DNA of 64,000 nucleotides from Phaeosaccion multiseriatum (lineage: Eukaryota; Protista; Ochrophyta, other classes): contig OZ218960.1 of NCBI GenBank assembly GCA_965112735.1, positions 868,001 through 932,000 on the forward strand, in the 5' to 3' direction. Of the stretch, positions 13,282-31,328 are shown piece by piece (positions within the stretch are counted from its first letter, which is position 1; the number at the start of each line of letters is the position of its first letter). The notes below the pieces were generated by a model. That model had not been told where the DNA came from. It worked only from the letters and a program-made list of their open reading frames with translations, and did no database searches. Made by a program: the position numbers and the translations under genes.

Positions 13282-14956
13282 CGTACGCACCTTGTTCTTC
13301 TCCTTCTCACTGACTGTGCTCTGAAGGATGCCGCGGAGGCGAGACACTTCCGCCTCGTAGTAACGCATCTGTTGCCATCCGGTGCCATCCAGTGCCATCC
13401 GGTGTCATGCGTTGGGAGTGAGTGGCAACGTAGAGAAGACCAGCGGAAGCGAGACCAGTCCAAGCAAGGCAACATGTGATACGTGTGTCAGTGAAGGTAA
13501 GCGAGGGTAAGGGAAGGAAAGGGAAGTTCACCGCACTCACCCGCCCCACTCTCCCACACACCCAAGCCCATCACAACACGCACTCACACTCGCACGCACC
13601 CACGCACGCACCCACACACACCTTGACCATGAGCATTTCGTTCTCGGCTCTCTTCTCTCGAATGTCGGCGTTGAGCAAGTTGAACTTGAAGAGGTTGTCT
13701 GCCTCTACAGCCTTCACTTGCTGGGCCTGTTGCATCATGTACGTGCATGAGCATAGACAGAATGATGAAGTCGATTGAACGAGTGGATGGATGGATGGGT
13801 ATGCCTGTGAGTCACGAACCGTGTCTATGGCTGCAGGTAATGTAGGCAGGGCCGTAAGAGAAATGAAAAAAAAAGATAAAAAAGGACGATTTGGTCCATC
13901 GATTGCCTCTCTTCCCTGTGTCCAATGGACTTTAAAGACAACAGCCCTTGTCAACCCACAGCTGCCCCCCTGTACACATAGCACCCCCCCCCCCCCCATC
14001 CTCCCATCCTACCTGCTTCTCTGCCCTCTTGACTACGGTCTGCATGTGCTGTTTGAGATGCACGAGCTCTCCTTCTCTCCCCTCGTACAGATCGATGATG
14101 CGTGTGAGAAGCGCGGAGTGACCCGTCCACACCTGTTGGTTGGTGATGATGCCGCGGGAGGGGCAGGACGAGCGGGCGAGCAGGGACAGAGAGAGAGAGA
14201 GAGAGGTAGATAAGGTAGAGAGAGACAGATAGAGAGAGAGATAGAGGGGGGGGGGGGAGGGGAGGGAGAGGCATGCGATGCAGAGCGGAGTGGGTGTAGG
14301 CGGCCTGCATCACAAAGATACTACTTGTACTCCTCTTTCGTGGGGAGGCACGATGGGGCTCTGAAGTAGGTGGAGCTTCGGCGGAAGGCTTTGGACTCTA
14401 CGAAGGGGAACGGCTACCTCCATAAGGCACAGCAGTGGCACGTACCTGAGCGAGGAGGGACCCTACTTTGGGACTGTACCCTGTAGTCTGTCTGACCAGC
14501 TCGTCGAACACAATGTTGTACCGCTGATGCTTCTCTCGGTACAGGTCTTGGATCTTCTCACCCCTCTTCGCCCGTCCTGGAGGTGCTTCCTGCGAAGATT
14601 GGCGGGCCTTCATTCAGATATGGTTGCAAGCAATGTGGCGACTTGGGGGGGGGGCTGGGGGGCGTAGAGAAGTCCCATCTGTTGCTTCTTGTCCCCTCTT
14701 CCGCCAAAAAAAGCCTGCCACAACTGAATGTGTGTAGCTGGTGAGGCATCCCCCTCTTCCTATTGCCCCTTGCACCCTCATTCTCCGTGCTTTTCCACCC
14801 TTCGCTTGCCTCCTTTCCACCTCTCCTCACACTCACCTTGAGGTCTAGCATGTCTCTGAGCCAGCTCTCCACGTAAAGTAGGTCGTGTGCATGATGGTGG
14901 TGGTGGTGGTCGTGGTGCGGCTGCCCCCCAGCACCGTCAATGTCCAGAGGATTCAT
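4014..14956 (-). CDS. Large multi-exon protein: N-terminal axonemal dynein light chain (p28/AXDND1-like) region, coiled coil, poly-Gly tract, C-terminal WW domain
   Basis: Spliced exons include [19 protein letters not shown] (about 14445-14613), [16 protein letters not shown] (13291-13368), [13 protein letters not shown] (10917-11100), [13 protein letters not shown] (9778-10006), and WW motif [27 protein letters not shown] (5300-5411). Last exon 4184-4014 ends in TGA; GT/AG boundaries are phase-compatible where checked. Confidence 0.7.
4240..4527. repeat. (CCAA)n intronic microsatellite
   Basis: Direct reading of the sequence. Confidence 0.9.
4707..4864. repeat. (TCAGGG)n telomere-like hexamer array, intronic
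   Basis: About 25 copies of TCAGGG with few variants. Confidence 0.9.
6058..7010. repeat. Compound GTGA/GGGT/GAGA satellite with higher-order units, intronic; followed by (GGTT)n at 7140-7456
   Basis: Recurring GAGTCAGTGGGTGGGTGAGTGAGAGAGT units. Confidence 0.9.
8775..9078. repeat. (TACA)n intronic microsatellite
   Basis: Direct reading. Confidence 0.9.
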
Positions 14957-15313
14957 CGTGCCACCCTCGCCCAAAACCCTTTTCTTCTACTCAACTGCTT
15001 TCCTTCTCTACGCTTACAACCGGGCCTCCCACGGCCCCTGGGCTTCTAATATGACCCTGGTCAACATACTCACACCCTTGACACCACACATCACTCAAAT
15101 CAACTAACCTCCTCCCCATCCTCCCCTCCCCAGTTTCATCCATTTCAGGCGTTTCGCCGCCTCCGGAAGAAAAAACAGAAGAGGGGGTTTTGGTCCCGAT
15201 CTTGTAACCCTTTGCCTCACATCCTTACATGGGATTCTGTACCAGATACTACATGCATGGTACGCCAATAAGTGACCCGTGGTCTGAAACATGCAGAGCA
15301 CGTCAACGGCACG

Positions 15314-21538
<6,225 letters not shown>

Positions 21539-21667
21539 AGTGAGTGCTCTCTTCATCGATCTGCCCCTCCATGTCGGCAGAAAGACTCCCCTCTCGCGGA
21601 GCAGCTCGCAAAATGTGGCAGTAGCAGAAGTGCTCGCGAAGCAGAGGAGTCTTGTGCCATAAACCAT

Positions 21668-21701
<34 letters not shown>

Positions 21702-21739
21702 GCCAACCAATCGGTCAATGACTCCGTCAATCACACTGG

Positions 21740-21946
21740 CTACCTGGGGTCCTCCTCTCGCCCTCCTTCCGGCCCCTCCTGCCCCTCCTCCCCTCGCTGG
21801 GCCTGTCTAAGTTGCCTTCGGCTCGCTCCGCCAAAGGCCTCTGTGTCGTTGTGGATCATTCTCTTGCCTGCTCGGGAGAGGGCCGTCTTACCACCCATAT
21901 CGCTGATTGGTCTGTCCGCCCCTGTGTTCTTATGCTTCTTCACCTA

Positions 21947-22002
<56 letters not shown>

Positions 22003-23044
22003 GTGTGACACAAAGGAGACGAGCGAGAGACAAGGCTGAGGATGCGTCTGAAGGCAAGCAAGAATTTGCGCTTCTCTGATTAAGATGGCAGCTGCAGCGG
22101 GTGTGGAGAGAGAGGAGGGAACGGACTGAGGGAGAGGGAGACACACACAGTGAGAGAGAGGGAGAGAGACAGCAAGCCCCAGCCGAGCATGTGAAAGAGT
22201 CTAATGACCCATTTCTTCTGCCCTACCCTACCCTACCCTACCCTACCCTACCCTACCCTACCCTACCCTATCCCACCCTACCCTACCCTACCCTACCCTA
22301 CCCTACCCTACCCTGCCCTACCCTACCCTACCCTACCCTACCCTACCCTACCCTACCCTACCCTGCCCTACCCTGCCCTACCCTACCCTACCTTGAGTCC
22401 ATCTTTGGCGTGCGGTCCTCTCCTAGAGGCCCGACTGCTGCTCCTGGCGAGCGCTTCCTGCTTCTCGAGCTCTCTGAGGTAGGGTAGAGCGGTCCGACGG
22501 CAGGGTAGGAAGAACATCAATACAATGTATGAATTGAAATGATAACAATACAAATAATGGTACGTGTGACAGAAGTCAATCATCATGGTAGCCACGTAGG
22601 GAAGAGCAAGCTTGGTGGTGACAGAGGAGAGAGAGGAGAAGGACAATGATGGAGAGAGGAGAGAGGGTAAAGAGCGTTGCACGGTAAGCATCCTTGAGAG
22701 TCTGCCAACCCATCCACTCACGCAACCACTCATCTACTCACTCATCCACCCACCTACCAACCAACCCTACCAACCCACCCACCCACCCCCCACTCACATT
22801 TCCGCCAACTTGTCCTTGGTACTGCCTGTGAACTTGTCGTCGCCCAGGGGGGGCAAAGTGACGAGAAGCGCTTTGGGGACTTGGGGTACCGGGGACACCC
22901 TACTTGCTGCCTTGGCACTTGCGGGTCTTGGGAGGGTGGGTGGGTGGGCGGGTGGGTGGGTGGGTAGATGGGTAGATGGCAGACGGAGGGATAGGGGAAG
23001 AAGGGGGGGGGGCTGGATTTAGGTGTCGCGAGTGTCCGTACCCT

Positions 23045-23102
<58 letters not shown>

Positions 23103-26100
23103 AACACACACAGAGAGAGAGAAGAGGTGTTTCACAATCACTCCACTCCACTTCCCTCCACTTCCGTCCAGTCGAGTCCGGTCCACTCACCTCTTTGTCC
23201 CTTCTGGTGTCTCCTCAATGTCTCCACTCTGTTACCGGCGCAAGGCGAAGTCATAATTCAGAGGGGGAAACAGCGGCATGCGTTGCTTTGTGTTCAGTTC
23301 GGTTCAATGTTTCAGTTCATGACATCTTCACCGTCGCTATCCATCCATCCATCCATCCATCCATCCATCCATCCATCCATCCATCCATCCATCCATCCAT
23401 CCATCCATCCATCCATCCATCCATCCATCCATCCATCCATCCATCCATCCATCCATCCATCCATCCATCCATCCATCCATCCATCCATCCATCCATCCAT
23501 CCATCCATCCATCCATCCATCCATCCATCCATCCATCCATCCATCCATCCATCCATCCATCCATCCATGCATCCATCCATCCATCCATCCATCCATCCAT
23601 CCATCCATCCATCCATCCATCCATCCATCCATCCATCTCACGACCCAATATCGATGCATCGACCCACAATGTCGTCCCCAACGATCCACCTCACATGCGT
23701 CTGTGCCAACCCAGCCCTTTACAATGGGGTGTGGTGCTTCCTTCAGTTCCTTTCATTGTATCGGGACCCAATTCGATCCGAAGTATCGATCCGCTATATA
23801 TTTATCGACCCAAAAAGTCAAGAGTGGCAGTGTCAAGACTTTGAACTGAAAGTGAAACTGGCCACACTGGAAGCCTCAATCTCTTCACCACGTCACTCGT
23901 AAGTAACTCACGAGCTCTGGGCCCATTCCCCATACATAACCTTACGTACGTACCTTTCCTCTGAACGCCGCACTCCCCCCGCAAACCTGTGCCCGTACCG
24001 CTTGCAAATCCGCAGCTGTCGTTGTTTTGTATTTTTCCTGTCACGACACAGAAGGAAGGAAGGAAGGAAGGAAGGAAGGAAAGAAGGAAGGAGCCAAAGG
24101 CAGCAGGCAGCAGCACAACAGCAGACATCAGTCTTCAGATAGGTAAGATGGAATACACTGCCTTACCCTGCCCTGCCCTCCCTCCCTCCCTCCCTCCCTC
24201 CCTCCCTCCCTCCCTCCCTCCCTCCCTCCCTCCCTCCCTCCCTCCCTCCCTCCCTCCCTCCCTCCCTCCCTCCCTCCCTCCCTCCCACCTGCTGGAGAGA
24301 GTGCAGTGAAGGCCCCTGCACCACAACCTCCTCGTCTCTGCTCGGCTCTCCCTCCTCGACGGTGACTCTCTCATACACCTCCTTCAACAGCAGGATGTTT
24401 GCCCTTTTGGAAAGGTCCGCGAACCTCTTGTTGAAACGGCTCCTATGGCGGGCGGGTGGGTGGGGAGTAGTGTGAGTGGGGATACAAGGGGCCCAAGCTC
24501 ACTCAGCACGTTACCAAGTCTCCCAGCACCGCCCCCTTTGTTTCAGTGAGTAAGACTTGCTGGACTGCCCCCTCGCGGCCACAGACGTGTGGGTGCGTGC
24601 GTGTGAACGCCTGGTCACTTCGTAAGTGTACGTAAATGTACGTAAGTGTACGTGTTATTCCCCTTTAGACGTATGTTGTTCTTAACTTTTAATAAACAGC
24701 CAAAGAGATTCGCATAAAATTCCAGCACACCCACCGACCTCTAAATGTTCTTTTTTCATTCTTAAGGGCAGGCGACTTACGTTGCGGTTGGGACCCCTTT
24801 ACCCTAATGAGGCCCCAAGCTCACATACCTCTTGGTGATTTTGGTTTGCTTCCCTCTCATGAGTGAGTACATTCGCCGCTGCGTGTAGGTCCCTGTGCGG
24901 CGGAGGGCAAGCAAGACTTGCTGCGACTCTTTGTTGTGGAAGTTCCATTTGTCTTTGGCGAGGGTAGCGAGGGCTTCCTGGCAAGGCGAGGGACAGAGGT
25001 TGAGGGGGGAGGAGCGGGGGAGGGATGGCAATGGATGGTGCGGTGGGCCAGATGAGATAACCGAAAAACTTGATATGGAGAAGGAGAGAGATGGTAGATG
25101 GGGAGGGAGACGGGGTGGGGGGGAAAGAAAAGCGGCACTCTCATGAGTGCTGCCGCCTTCTTATTTTGGATCTCTTTTCTTTTCTTGAGGTCGTCAACGC
25201 GCAACACATATCCCAACCTACCCACCCACCCACCCACCTGGGAAACATGAGCGTGGATGAGCTCCCGACAGGTGACGACTTGCCGATCGGATACGCGCAC
25301 CTGGTCGGACAGTGGGAGGGGAGGGGCGAAAGGGATGAAAATGAGGGAATTGTCAGCGGTGGTTCAAAGGGCGCAGGGAAGAGGAGGAAGGAACTGACAT
25401 ATAATAGAAGACGTTGGCTCCTTCATCAGTGCTCTGGAGCTCTGGAGCTGCGATAAGATGTTTGAAACTGTCCGCACCCTCCCGCCTCTCGTCCTCTCCT
25501 CTTGTCCCCTCCTCGTCTCTTCCTCTCTCTTGCTCTCGCTCAAAAAGATCCAAGAGTGCACAATTGTTTGACCTAAACTGTACACCCCCCCCAATACCTC
25601 CCTCCTCTGACTCACCTTCTGCCGCCCCTGATACTCCCAAAACAGAGTTCCGAGCACCTTGGCTTGAAACGCTTTGAGCAAATTCAGCGCCAGAAACCTC
25701 ACCGCTTCGTGAGTGAGGCATAGGGCATGGAAGTGGTCCACAGTCAGCGCTTGGGCCGAGATATCGAAGTTGTTGCTATTGTGAAGCCAACTGTGGATCT
25801 TCATCGCCTCCTGATTTTGCTTCCATGTAGAGCCAAAGATGTCTACAATCATTCGGTCTCCCTCGTCCAGGCTGAGCATGCCGTCCTTCCCGACATCGAA
25901 AATATCGAAGGAAAGGATGGTCGTTCCGTAGTCGATATCGGTGAGGTACGACCACAGGCACACGACGAATTCCACAAAGCTGACACGTTCGTCTTTGTCT
26001 TCGTCGAAGCACTTGAAGACACGCTGGGTGAGAGACGTGTCCGGAAGGTCGAAGTATTCTCTAAACTGCCAGAGGGTCAGTCCATCAGAGGTCTGGGTTT

Positions 26101-26670
26101 CTTCATGGGCCTATTGTCATCGGACGAGTGCAAGGGACATTTTTTGAAGAAGGGGAAAGGGATGATGAGACAGCAGGGGGACTTGCCGTGGAGTACGGTG
26201 GGCGAGGCAAACGAGAGAGAGAGAGAGCGACAGCTTCGCAGACGGCGGTCACTCACGACAGAGTAGGAAGAAAGGAAGGAGACGAGGAGAGGGGGCATGA
26301 TAGCAAAGCTTCAAACGCACTCTCGCAAGCAAGAAGAGGGCGCAAGCAACATGCCTTTAGTTTGACCTTACCTTGGCGTAGGAGGCGTGCAGCTCAGCCA
26401 AAGCATAATCACTCAGCGCAAGGCTCTGCGAGACGGAAAGATCAGGGGGTGATGGAGTGGATAGTGAGCCACAGTCTCAAGCATGGGGAGCGATCTTCGT
26501 TCACTTACTCGAAAAAGACTCTTGTCGCTCTCGAATTTGCTCCCCTCCGGCGTGCCGTACCAGCCGCCCTTCTTCTCCCACTCCCGCTCCTTGGCCGTGA
26601 AGAAGGCGTCTGCGGGATTGAGGGTCTCTGGAAGCTTGACGACCTTCGGAGAAAGCGCGGCGTTCCCCAT
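21740..26670 (-). CDS. N-myristoylated EF-hand calcium-binding protein (calcineurin-B/CBL-like N-terminal half) with a long basic C-terminal extension; 3' end uncertain
   Basis: Start MGNAALS fits MGxxxS. In-phase exons give SLFR|[18 protein letters not shown]|[50 protein letters not shown]. Further exons lie at about 25238-25300, 24818-24978, 24289-24443, 22391-22480 and 21743-21943. Confidence 0.7.
22221..22392. repeat. (CCCTA)n pentamer array, intronic
   Basis: About 34 CCCTA units ending at a splice donor on the minus strand. Confidence 0.9.
23339..23636. repeat. (CCAT)n microsatellite
   Basis: Near-perfect tract of about 300 bp. Confidence 0.95.
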
Positions 26671-26819
26671 CAGGGACAATTTCTTGCGCGAAAAAACAGA
26701 AAAACCAAAACGCTCTCCTCCTACACCCGTTGGTACGCCAAGTCACAGCTGGAATAAGTGTGTGGAGATTTTTTTTTCTCTAGATGGCAATCAAAACTCG
26801 TAGGAGGAGCGAGATAGAG

Positions 26820-27545
26820 ATGATGAGCCTTCCCGTCAGAGGAATCTGCCGGCTAGGGACTAGGGCTTTGTCTTCCTCGCTCAATGCGGAAAAGACCAGT
26901 GGTGCTGCGGCTGCTGCTGCGGCTGTTGCTGCGGCTGAATCACGGCGTTCGTCTTCTGGGACTGAGAAGAGACCGCAGCAACAGTACTATCCCCAGTGGC
27001 AGGAAGCAGCTGATGCAAGAGGCTTTAGCGGAGTGAACCCTTCTACTCATAGCGCACACCTTGGTAGCTACAGGTATGAGGAGAAGAGCAGCGTGCCGAT
27101 GTGGTCGATGGCGCAGGTGCTCTCCTCGATGGAAAGGCTGGACTTCTCCTCAAGTGCGCAGCAGGAGGTAAGGGACTTTGACGCAAAGGAGATAGGTAAG
27201 GGGCCTTCACCAGAAGGCGCTACTGCTGCCGCTCTGCTATTACCAGCAGCCCAGCGACCTCGGTATTTGGCGAACCACGAGGAGGACCTCCTCATCGGAT
27301 CATCTAGCAGGGGGGTGGAGTGTTCTCAAAGGAGCGAGAATGCAGTAGTGGAAGATATCAAGTGTGCGACGTTGGTATCAGAAGAAGAGGATGAGGGAGC
27401 GCTGCAGTGCATCAAGCGAACATGGCAACCGAGCGTCGTCAAGAGGAAACGAAAGCACGGCTTCCTCAGCAGGATTCGCGACAGGCATGGAAGGAGGATT
27501 TTGAAGAGGCGGGCGGCCAAGGGGAGGATGCGGAGGGCAGTGTAA
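26820..27545 (+). CDS. MRPL34: Mitochondrial ribosomal protein L34 (bL34m) with long N-terminal presequence/extension
   Basis: C-terminal [38 protein letters not shown] is the L34 signature; N-terminus [19 protein letters not shown] is presequence-like. Confidence 0.9.
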   Translation: MMSLPVRGICRLGTRALSSSLNAEKTSGAAAAAAAVAAAESRRSSSGTEKRPQQQYYPQWQEAADARGFSGVNPSTHSAHLGSYRYEEKSSVPMWSMAQVLSSMERLDFSSSAQQEVRDFDAKEIGKGPSPEGATAAALLLPAAQRPRYLANHEEDLLIGSSSRGVECSQRSENAVVEDIKCATLVSEEEDEGALQCIKRTWQPSVVKRKRKHGFLSRIRDRHGRRILKRRAAKGRMRRAV

Positions 27546-27794
27546 TTGACTTGTCGTAGCAGTGGGGAGCCGAGAAGAAATCTCACCGAGCTCCATTCGC
27601 CCCCACGCGCCGTTGCGCTGGCTTCCACATACAGGGCCTTTTACCAGTCCAACGAGTTAGAGCGAAGCAGCAAGGCGTGTGGGAGGAGAGCCACCAGTAA
27701 ATACATGACATTGATACATAATTTGCGCCTGTTTTGTTGTTTCTTTTTCAATCAGTGGGAGAGCGAGGGCGTTACAGGACGTATCTGTATCTGC

Positions 27795-30700
27795 CTACTT
27801 CTTCTCCTCCTCCTCCTCCTGGGCAGCGACTTTTGCCCCTTTACCTCCCGCCCACTTTCGAATAATCTCGTACACCACGACGGCGGCGACGGAGGCCACA
27901 TTGAGGCTGTTCTTGACGCCGAACACGGGCACCTCCACCACCGCGTCGCACAGCTCCAACACCTTCTGATCCACGCCCGTCACCTCGTTCCCAAACACCA
28001 TGGCCACGGGCCGGTCCCGGGGTAGCTCGAGCTCGAACAGGTTCACGGCAGTGGTGGTGGTCTCCAGGCAGTACACGGCGCAGCCCTCGGCACGCAGCTT
28101 GCAAATGGCGTCGGCCGTGGACTCAAAGTGCCTGCTGGGGACGGTGTCGAGGGCGCTGAAGGCCGTCTTGCGGAGCTTCTTGTCGCCGTGGCCGTTGGGG
28201 TGGGGGGACAGGCCAGTGGTCACCACCTGGGGTGAGTGCGATTCACGTGTGATTGGCCACAAGACAAGCGCATGGATGGACAGGAGGGGCAGGCGGAGTG
28301 GTGGGTGGGTCGGTGGGTGGTTTGGAGGGTGGGGCATACTCTCCCCTTCCTCGGAAAACCCTCACCTCTGCAACTCCAGCGGTGTCTGCAGTCCGGAAGA
28401 GAGAGCCGACCTGAGCAAGCGGTGCGTGCGCGCGCACGTGCGTGTGTGTGTGTGTGTGTGTGTACACAGGCGGGCCATTCGACAGGAGGGGAAGAAGGGG
28501 ATGCGTTTCGGGTCAAATTAGAGCATTTGTGGCGACGCCAGAAAAGCACGACAGCCCACTCACTGCATGCGCAAGGCCCAAGCACGTCCTCCCTCTCCCT
28601 CTCCGAGTCAGTCGCCAAGAGTGCGTCTCCTTACATTGTAGGCAGAGCGGATGTTGTCGGCCACCACCGTGATGGGGAAGGGTTTCCACTTCCTCTCCAG
28701 GGCGGACTCGAGCGCTCGGTCCTTGTTGCGCAGAGACTCAGCCCGGTCGGCATTATGCCGGCGTATTAAGAAGGCAATCTGATGAAACGCCAAAAAACGA
28801 AAGAGGAAAAAGAACGATTAGAGTAACCATTTGATTGACAGCCAGGGAAACGACAGGACGGTGTGGGAGAGAGTCAGGACGATGCGGGACAGTGTAAGGA
28901 GAAAAGGCCCACAGAGCTTGGAAAGAGGAGCGTTTCAGAAAACTCAGAGACCTAGACCTATTTCGCTTCGGGCTCAGGAGGCAACCGAAATAAGCAGCAG
29001 AAGAAGAATAGGTCATAGAGTCTCCTTGGTCACGAGCACGCAGATACGCACATACACACACACACGCACACACAGCACACGCGCACGCTCGGCCACACCT
29101 CTACACGCATCCCGGCCACTGCCATCCCCCCTCCCCTCTCCCTTGCCTGCTGCGCTGTCCTAACTGCGGCCTTCTCCACGGGCTCCGCAAAGACCTTGTC
29201 TATCTTCTTGGCACGGGGACGCACGAATGTGTTGAACGTCTTCAGAGCGCTGAGGAGAAGAGGGGAGGGGAGGGGAGGGAAGGGGGAGGGACTTATGGTT
29301 TTCTGACTCGATTCTGTGGATGCACGACAAAAGCCCCTCAGAGAGAGAAAGAGAGGGAGGGAGTGGGGAGAGAGAGAGACATCTTCGTCCTCCTCCTACT
29401 TGTCTGTACTCACCTCGTACCGAAGAACTCATCGGAGTGGCAAAGCTCTTGAGTGTCGATACCCAGCGTCTGCAGCTGGGCCTCCAGCACCGCCTGCCGC
29501 TCCACCGACAGGGCGTGAGAGGGACGGGGTCCACCCACTACGTGGCTATTCGTGCTGCCTCCTTGAGGCCCGCCGCTCCTCTCCCTGCCGTTACCACCAC
29601 TACCACTACCACTACCAGCAGCAGCAGTAACACCATCAGCACCAGCACCAGCAGCAGCAGCAGTAGTAGCAGCAGCAGCAGCAGCATTGGCTTCCCCTTC
29701 TCGGCCCTCCTTCAGCTTGTGTTCTCCCATCGCCCCCGGTACTGTTGCTGATGAGTGAGGACCATCCTCGTCATTTCGACTTGCCGGGGGGGCGTCTGCT
29801 GTAGAGGAGGAGCCGCTCCACGTTAGAAGAAAGTCGAACGTCAAGGAGCCTAACCCCCCTCCCGCTTGAGCCTTCCAGGCATGTCCACTTGACTCCGCAG
29901 CTGCACCCAAAGCCGCCGCCCCTCCCCCTCCTCCTTCTCTCGCATAACCCTCTCGGCCGCTTTCCCTTCCCCCTCTCGCTGCTTCTTCCCTTTCCCTCGC
30001 CCTTGCCCCGTCCCCTTCAGGTACAAGAGCATCATGGTCTGTTGTTGTCGTCCACGACAGGCCAATTTGCTGATCGGGGCCCAGCACAACGTTCCCTTTG
30101 CCAATGCATAGGGTGAGGGAGGGCGATGGTCTCTCGGGGCTACTCATCCAAAGGTCGACGCCTTTCCCTAGTGGCTGTAGGAGCGCCACTCCCGCACCCA
30201 CACCCTCGAGTAGAGGTGCTACAATTACACAAGCATGTAATAATGGGTGGAGGAGGGAGGGGAAAGCAATGGCAGAGGCGACAAAGGTTAGCAGTGTCCG
30301 CCAGGTGACAATACGTACCTGTGATTATATCCTAGTACTACTGGGCGGCGGCGGAAGCAACAACAGGTGGGGATACGCCGCGCCTCACCTACCTAGACTA
30401 TTGAGCAGTGGCCTTGTGATTTCTCTCCCCGTGGTGGAATCACCGGCTTCGCCTTCATCATTCGGTCGAAGGGCGATGCTCACCCTGCCCTTTTGCCAAC
30501 TCTCCATGCCGCCAAAAGCAGCGCTGGTGGTCGTCTCTGCAGCACCATTGTCGCCACTATTTGCAGAGCTTCCGGCGTGCGGTGGTGAAGAAAAAGATCG
30601 CATATCAGTCGACATTGCTGTCCTCTTCCGCCGCCGTAGACCAGTACCTAGTCTAGAGCTGTTGGCACTCCTTCCACTATGCGCATGGACTGCAAAGGCG

Positions 30701-30879
30701 CTTCCTCTACACCGATTCATGATAAGCCGTCGCACCATCATCCTCCCCTTTCCCGATCCCGTTCGAGTGGTGGAGACCGCTTGGGGAAACGAGAAGGCGG
30801 GACCACACGACAGCAATACTACTAGCGATAGTGAGGAAAGAAGATAGAGAGTTGGGCCCGACTCACCGCCCGAATGCAT
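27795..30879 (-). CDS. SpoU/TrmH-family SPOUT RNA 2'-O-methyltransferase, paralog A (signal-peptide-like N-terminus)
   Basis: VVADNIRSAYN|VGSLFRTAD; MVFGNEVTGVD..VEVPVFGVKNSLNVASVAAVVVYE (SpoU motifs 1-3); about 6 exons. Confidence 0.85.
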
Positions 30880-31328
30880 GGTGTTTTTTTTGTTTGGTTT
30901 TGGCACTACACCATTGTGTAAAAGCGCCTTCGCGTGGTGGTGCTTCGCGTGAATCACAGTTGGGATTGGCTCTTGGCCTCTTTGGCTTTCCCTTTTCTTC
31001 CCCACTTATTATTTTACTGTATTATCCCAATGATTTGAGATATCAAACAGTAGAGGGATCGAGAGTGAAGAAGTGTGGATGCGTGGAGCAGCGGAAGAGT
31101 TTATAACATGACTTTGTGTGTGTTCTGTCTTCGGATCCAAAGGTGAGAAGGCCAATAAATCGCCCTCTTCTCCTTAGCTTTCTCGCTCCCCACTCCTCCT
31201 GGCGCCCAAGGGCCGGCGACGAAGGGGCCTGAGTACCCCCACAGCTAAGCTCATGAGTGAAGTCAGATGCAACCTCATCCACCTCACCCCACCCATCGCC
31301 TTCGTCCCTCCCTCCCTCCCTCCCTCCC

